Source of the DNA: the human T2T-CHM13v2.0 reference genome, Homo sapiens
Reading direction: 5' to 3' (one strand)
Assembly (NCBI RefSeq): GCF_009914755.1
Contig: NC_060947.1
Length of the DNA stretch: 64,000 nucleotides
Positions within the stretch are counted from its first letter, which is position 1, and the number at the start of each line of letters is the position of its first letter. Below are positions 59,913 through 64,000 of the stretch, one piece after another. The notes below the pieces were generated by a model. It was not told the DNA's origin. It saw only the letters and a program-made list of their open reading frames with translations, and did no database searches. The translations under genes and the position numbers were made by a program.

Positions 59913-61092
59913 ACAGTGTAGCAAGGGGGCATCCTTGTGTTTCAGATCTTAAAGAAAAGGCTTTCGGTTTTTCTTCCATTCTGTTTAATATTAGCTGTGG
60001 GTCTGTTATATATGGCTTTTATTATGTTGAGACATATTCCTTTGATACTCAGGTTTTTAGATTCTTTTTAAATCATGAAGCAATGTTGAATTGTATCAAA
60101 TGTTCTTCAGCGTCAATTGAAATGATCATATGCTTTTTGTCCTACATTCTCTTGATATGATGTATCATATTGATTGATTTGCATATGTTGAATCATCCTT
60201 GTATCCTAGGAATAAATCCCACTTGGTCATGATGAATGCTCTTTCTAATGTATTGTTAAATTTGGTTTGCTAATAGTTTGTTGAGAATTTTTGTATCAAT
60301 ATTCAGGAGACATATTAGCCTGTAGTTTATTTTCTGATGTGTCTTTTTCTGGTCTTGGTATCAGGATAATACTGGCCTAGTAGAATTAGTTTGGAAGTAT
60401 TCCCTCCTCTATTTTTTGGAATAATTTGAGTAGGATAGGTATTAGTTCTTCTTAAAAAGTTTGATAAAATTCAGCAGTGAAGCCGTTGAGTCCCAGGCTT
60501 TACATTCCTGGGATAATTTTTATAATGGCTTTGCTGTTCAGGTTTTGTATTTCTTTCTGGTTCGATCTTGGTACATTGTATGTGTCTAGAAATTTATCTA
60601 TTTCATCTAGATTTTCCAATGTATTGGCATATACCTGCTCATAGTAGCCTCTAATGATTCTTTGAATTTCTGTAGTATTGGTTGTAATGTCTACTTTGTA
60701 GCTCTAATTTTATTTATTTAGGTCTTCTCTCATTTCTTCATAATGACTCTGGCTAACGGTTTGTCAATTTTGTTATTATTTCAAAAACTCAACTTTTTAT
60801 TTCATTGATCTTTTGTATCATTTTCTTCATAAAAATTTCATTTATTTGTGCTCTGATTTTAATTATTTCTTTTCTTCTACTAATTTTGTGTTTGGTTTGT
60901 TCTTGCTTTTCTAATTCTGTAAGATGCATTATTAGGTTGTTTATTTGAAGTTTTCCTGCTTCTTTGATGTAGGCACATATAACTTTAAACTTCCCTCTTA
61001 ATACTGCTTTCACTGTATTCCATAGGTTTTGTTATATTGTGTTTCCACTGTCACTTGCCTTAATAAATTTTACAATTTCTTTCTTAATTTCT

Positions 61093-61395
61093 TTTTTCTC
61101 TTTTTTTTTTTTTTTGAGACGGAGTCTTGCTCGTCTCCCAGGCTGGGGTGCAGTGGCATGATCTCAGCTCACTGAAAGCTCCACCTCCCAGGTTCATGCC
61201 ATTCTCCTGCCTTAGCCTCCTGAGTAGCTGGGACTACAGGCACCCGCCACCAGGCCCAGCTAATTTTTTTGTATTCTTAGTAGAGACAGGGTTTCACCAT
61301 GTTAGCCAGGATGGTCTCAATCTCCTGACCTCGTGATCTGCCCATCTCGGCCTCCCAAAGTGCTGGGATTACAGGCGTGAGCCACCACACCCAGC
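61093..61395 (-). mobile_element. AluY-like
   Basis: TSD CAATTTCTTTCTTAATTTCTT. Confidence 0.92.
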
Positions 61396-62311
61396 CAATT
61401 TCTTTCTTAATTTCTTAATTGAACCATTGATTGTTCAGGAGCACATTGTCTGATTTTCATATGTCTGTATAGTTTTCAAAATTCCTCTTGTTACTGATTT
61501 CTAGATTTATCCCATTGTGGTCAGAGAAGATAATTGATATTATTTCAAAGTTTTAAAAACTGTTTTCAGACTTGTTTTGTGACCTAGTATATGATATATC
61601 CTTGAGAATAATCCACGTTTTGAGAAGAAGAGCATGTATTCTGCAACCGTTGGATGAAAGGTTCTATAAATATTTACTAGCTCCATTTAGTCTATAATGG
61701 AGATTAAGTCTGATGTTTGTTTATTTTCTGTCTGGATGATGTCCAATGCTAAAAGTGGAGTGTTGAAGTCTCCAGCTATTATTGTATTGATGTCTTTCTC
61801 TTTAGCTCCAGTAATATTTACTTTATATATCTGCATGCTCCATTGTTGGGTGCACACATATTTATAATTGTTATATCTTTTTGTTTAATTGACCCATTTT
61901 GCATTTTATAATGATGTTCTTTGTTTCTATTTATAGTTTGTGTCTTGAAACCTATTTTGTTTGATATAACTATAGTGACTCTTGCTCTTTTTTGGTTTCC
62001 ATTCACATGGAATATCTTTTTACATCCCTTTATTTCCATTCTATATTTGGCTTTATACATGAAGTATGTTTTTTGTAGGCAACAGATAGTTGGTTCTTAT
62101 TTTTTATCAATTCAGCCACTCTACATCTTTCAACTGAAAAGTTTAGTCCATTTACATTCAATGTTATTATTGATAAGTTAGGACTTACTCTTGCCATTTT
62201 GTTATATGTTTTCTGTTGTTTTGTGGTCTTCTCTTCCTTCTTTTCTTCTTCCCTGTCTTCCTTTTAGTGAAGATTATTTTCTCTGGTGGTATGTTTTAAT
62301 TTCTTGTTTTT

Positions 62312-62610
62312 GGCCGGGCGCGGTGGCTCACGCCTGTAATCCCAGCACTTTGGGAGGCTGAGGCGGGCGGATCATGAGGTCAGGAGATTGAGACCATCCT
62401 GGCTAACATGGTGAAACCCCGTCTCTACTAAAAATACAGAAAATTAGCCGGGCGTGGTGGCACGCACCTGTAGTCCCAGCTACTCAGGAGGCTGAGGCAG
62501 GAGAATGGCGTGAACCCAGGAAATAGAGCTTGTAGTGAGCCGAGATCGCGCCACTGCACTCCAGCCTGGGAGACAGAGAGAGACTGCGTCTCAAAAAAAA
62601 AAAAAAAAAA
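62312..62610 (+). mobile_element. AluY
   Basis: CpG-rich, AATGGCGTGAACCC, poly(A). Confidence 0.95.
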
Positions 62611-63349
62611 TTATTGTTTTTGTTTTTTGTTTTGTTTTGTTTCTGTTGTGTGTTTTTGATTTGAGGTTACCCTGAAGCTTGAAAATAATATCTTATAACC
62701 CATTATTTTAAACTGGTGACAAGTTAACACTGATTACATATACAAACATATAAGCATAGAGAAAACTAATAAAACTCTACGCTTTAACTTTTTTCATGTG
62801 ATTTTTAACTTTTTTTGTTTCCATTTATATCTTAATGTACTGTCTGTGTGTTGGAAATTTGTCATACTTCTTATTTTATATCAGTTCATCTTTTAGTCTT
62901 TCTACTTAAGATATGAGTAGTTTACACATCACAATTAGTGTTATAATATTGTTTTTCTGTGTGCTCACTATTACCAATGAGTTTTATACCTTCAGATGAT
63001 AGCTTCTTGCTTATTAATATCTTTTTTTTTAGATTGAGGAACTCCCTTTAGAATTTCTTGTAAGACAGGTCTGATGTTGATGAAATCCCTCAGCTTTTGT
63101 TTGTCTTGGAAAGTCTTTATTTCTGCATTATGTTTGAAGGATATTTTCACCAAATATACTTTGCTATGGTAAAAGTTTTTTTTTCCTTCAGCACTTTAAA
63201 TATATCATGCTACTCTCTTCTGCCTTGTAAGGTTTCTAATGTAAATGTGAAGGTCTGCTGTGAGATGTATTGGAGGTCCATCGTATTTTGTTTCTTTTCT
63301 CTTGCTGCTTTTAGGATCCTTCCTTTATCCATGACCTTTGGGAGTTTGA

Positions 63350-63675
<326 letters not shown>

Positions 63676-64000
63676 TGGTTTGTTTCTCTTGATAGCAGGT
63701 CTTGTTAAGAAGAACGAAAGGTTCTGTGTATATATCAGAATGGTTACTTTTAGCATCCCCTTGTCAGAAGCAGGAAGGTATTTTTTTTCTGATCTTCACT
63801 GTGAGAAACTGGTAGGGCTCCGGACATAAACACACAAAAGTAGGGGTGGATACAGGCTGAGACTGAGCCCACCTGGAATTTCCAACTCTTAATCTTGTCT
63901 ACACTGAACCTTCAGTAATTTGTCAATTATGGGTTATGTTTTCCTACCGTGGTACAAGCTCCAGTGGTGGTTTCTGCTCCTGGGCTCCTGCTCCAGGTAA

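Overview
Primate genomic DNA, most likely human or great ape (AluY copies and a full-length L1PA3-type LINE-1). It is repeat-dense and I found no intact protein-coding gene. Left part (1-31 kb): decayed ERV1 (MER31-like LTR plus gag-pro-pol remnant lacking the RT core, with a nested MER61-like solo LTR), ERVL/MaLR/L2/L3/MIR relics, Alus and a 5'-truncated processed pseudogene of NUDT19 in a four-level nest. Right part (31-64 kb): mostly stacked LINE-1s with Alu and MST insertions. Main discovery: the non-repeat islands between the L1s at about 30.56-43.65 kb (minus strand) translate into collinear pieces of a very old, apparently intronless ARHGAP18/28/40-type RhoGAP gene. It may have had a novel His/Asp/Arg-rich repeat N-terminus starting at a Kozak ATG at 45001. 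Other notable items: a full-length L1PA3 with no TSD (probable insertion-mediated deletion) that retains the ZNF93-target segment, a 33-bp TSD, a twin-primed L1 and three template-switch hairpin scars. Repeat subfamily names and protein homologies come from recalled consensus sequences, not database searches.
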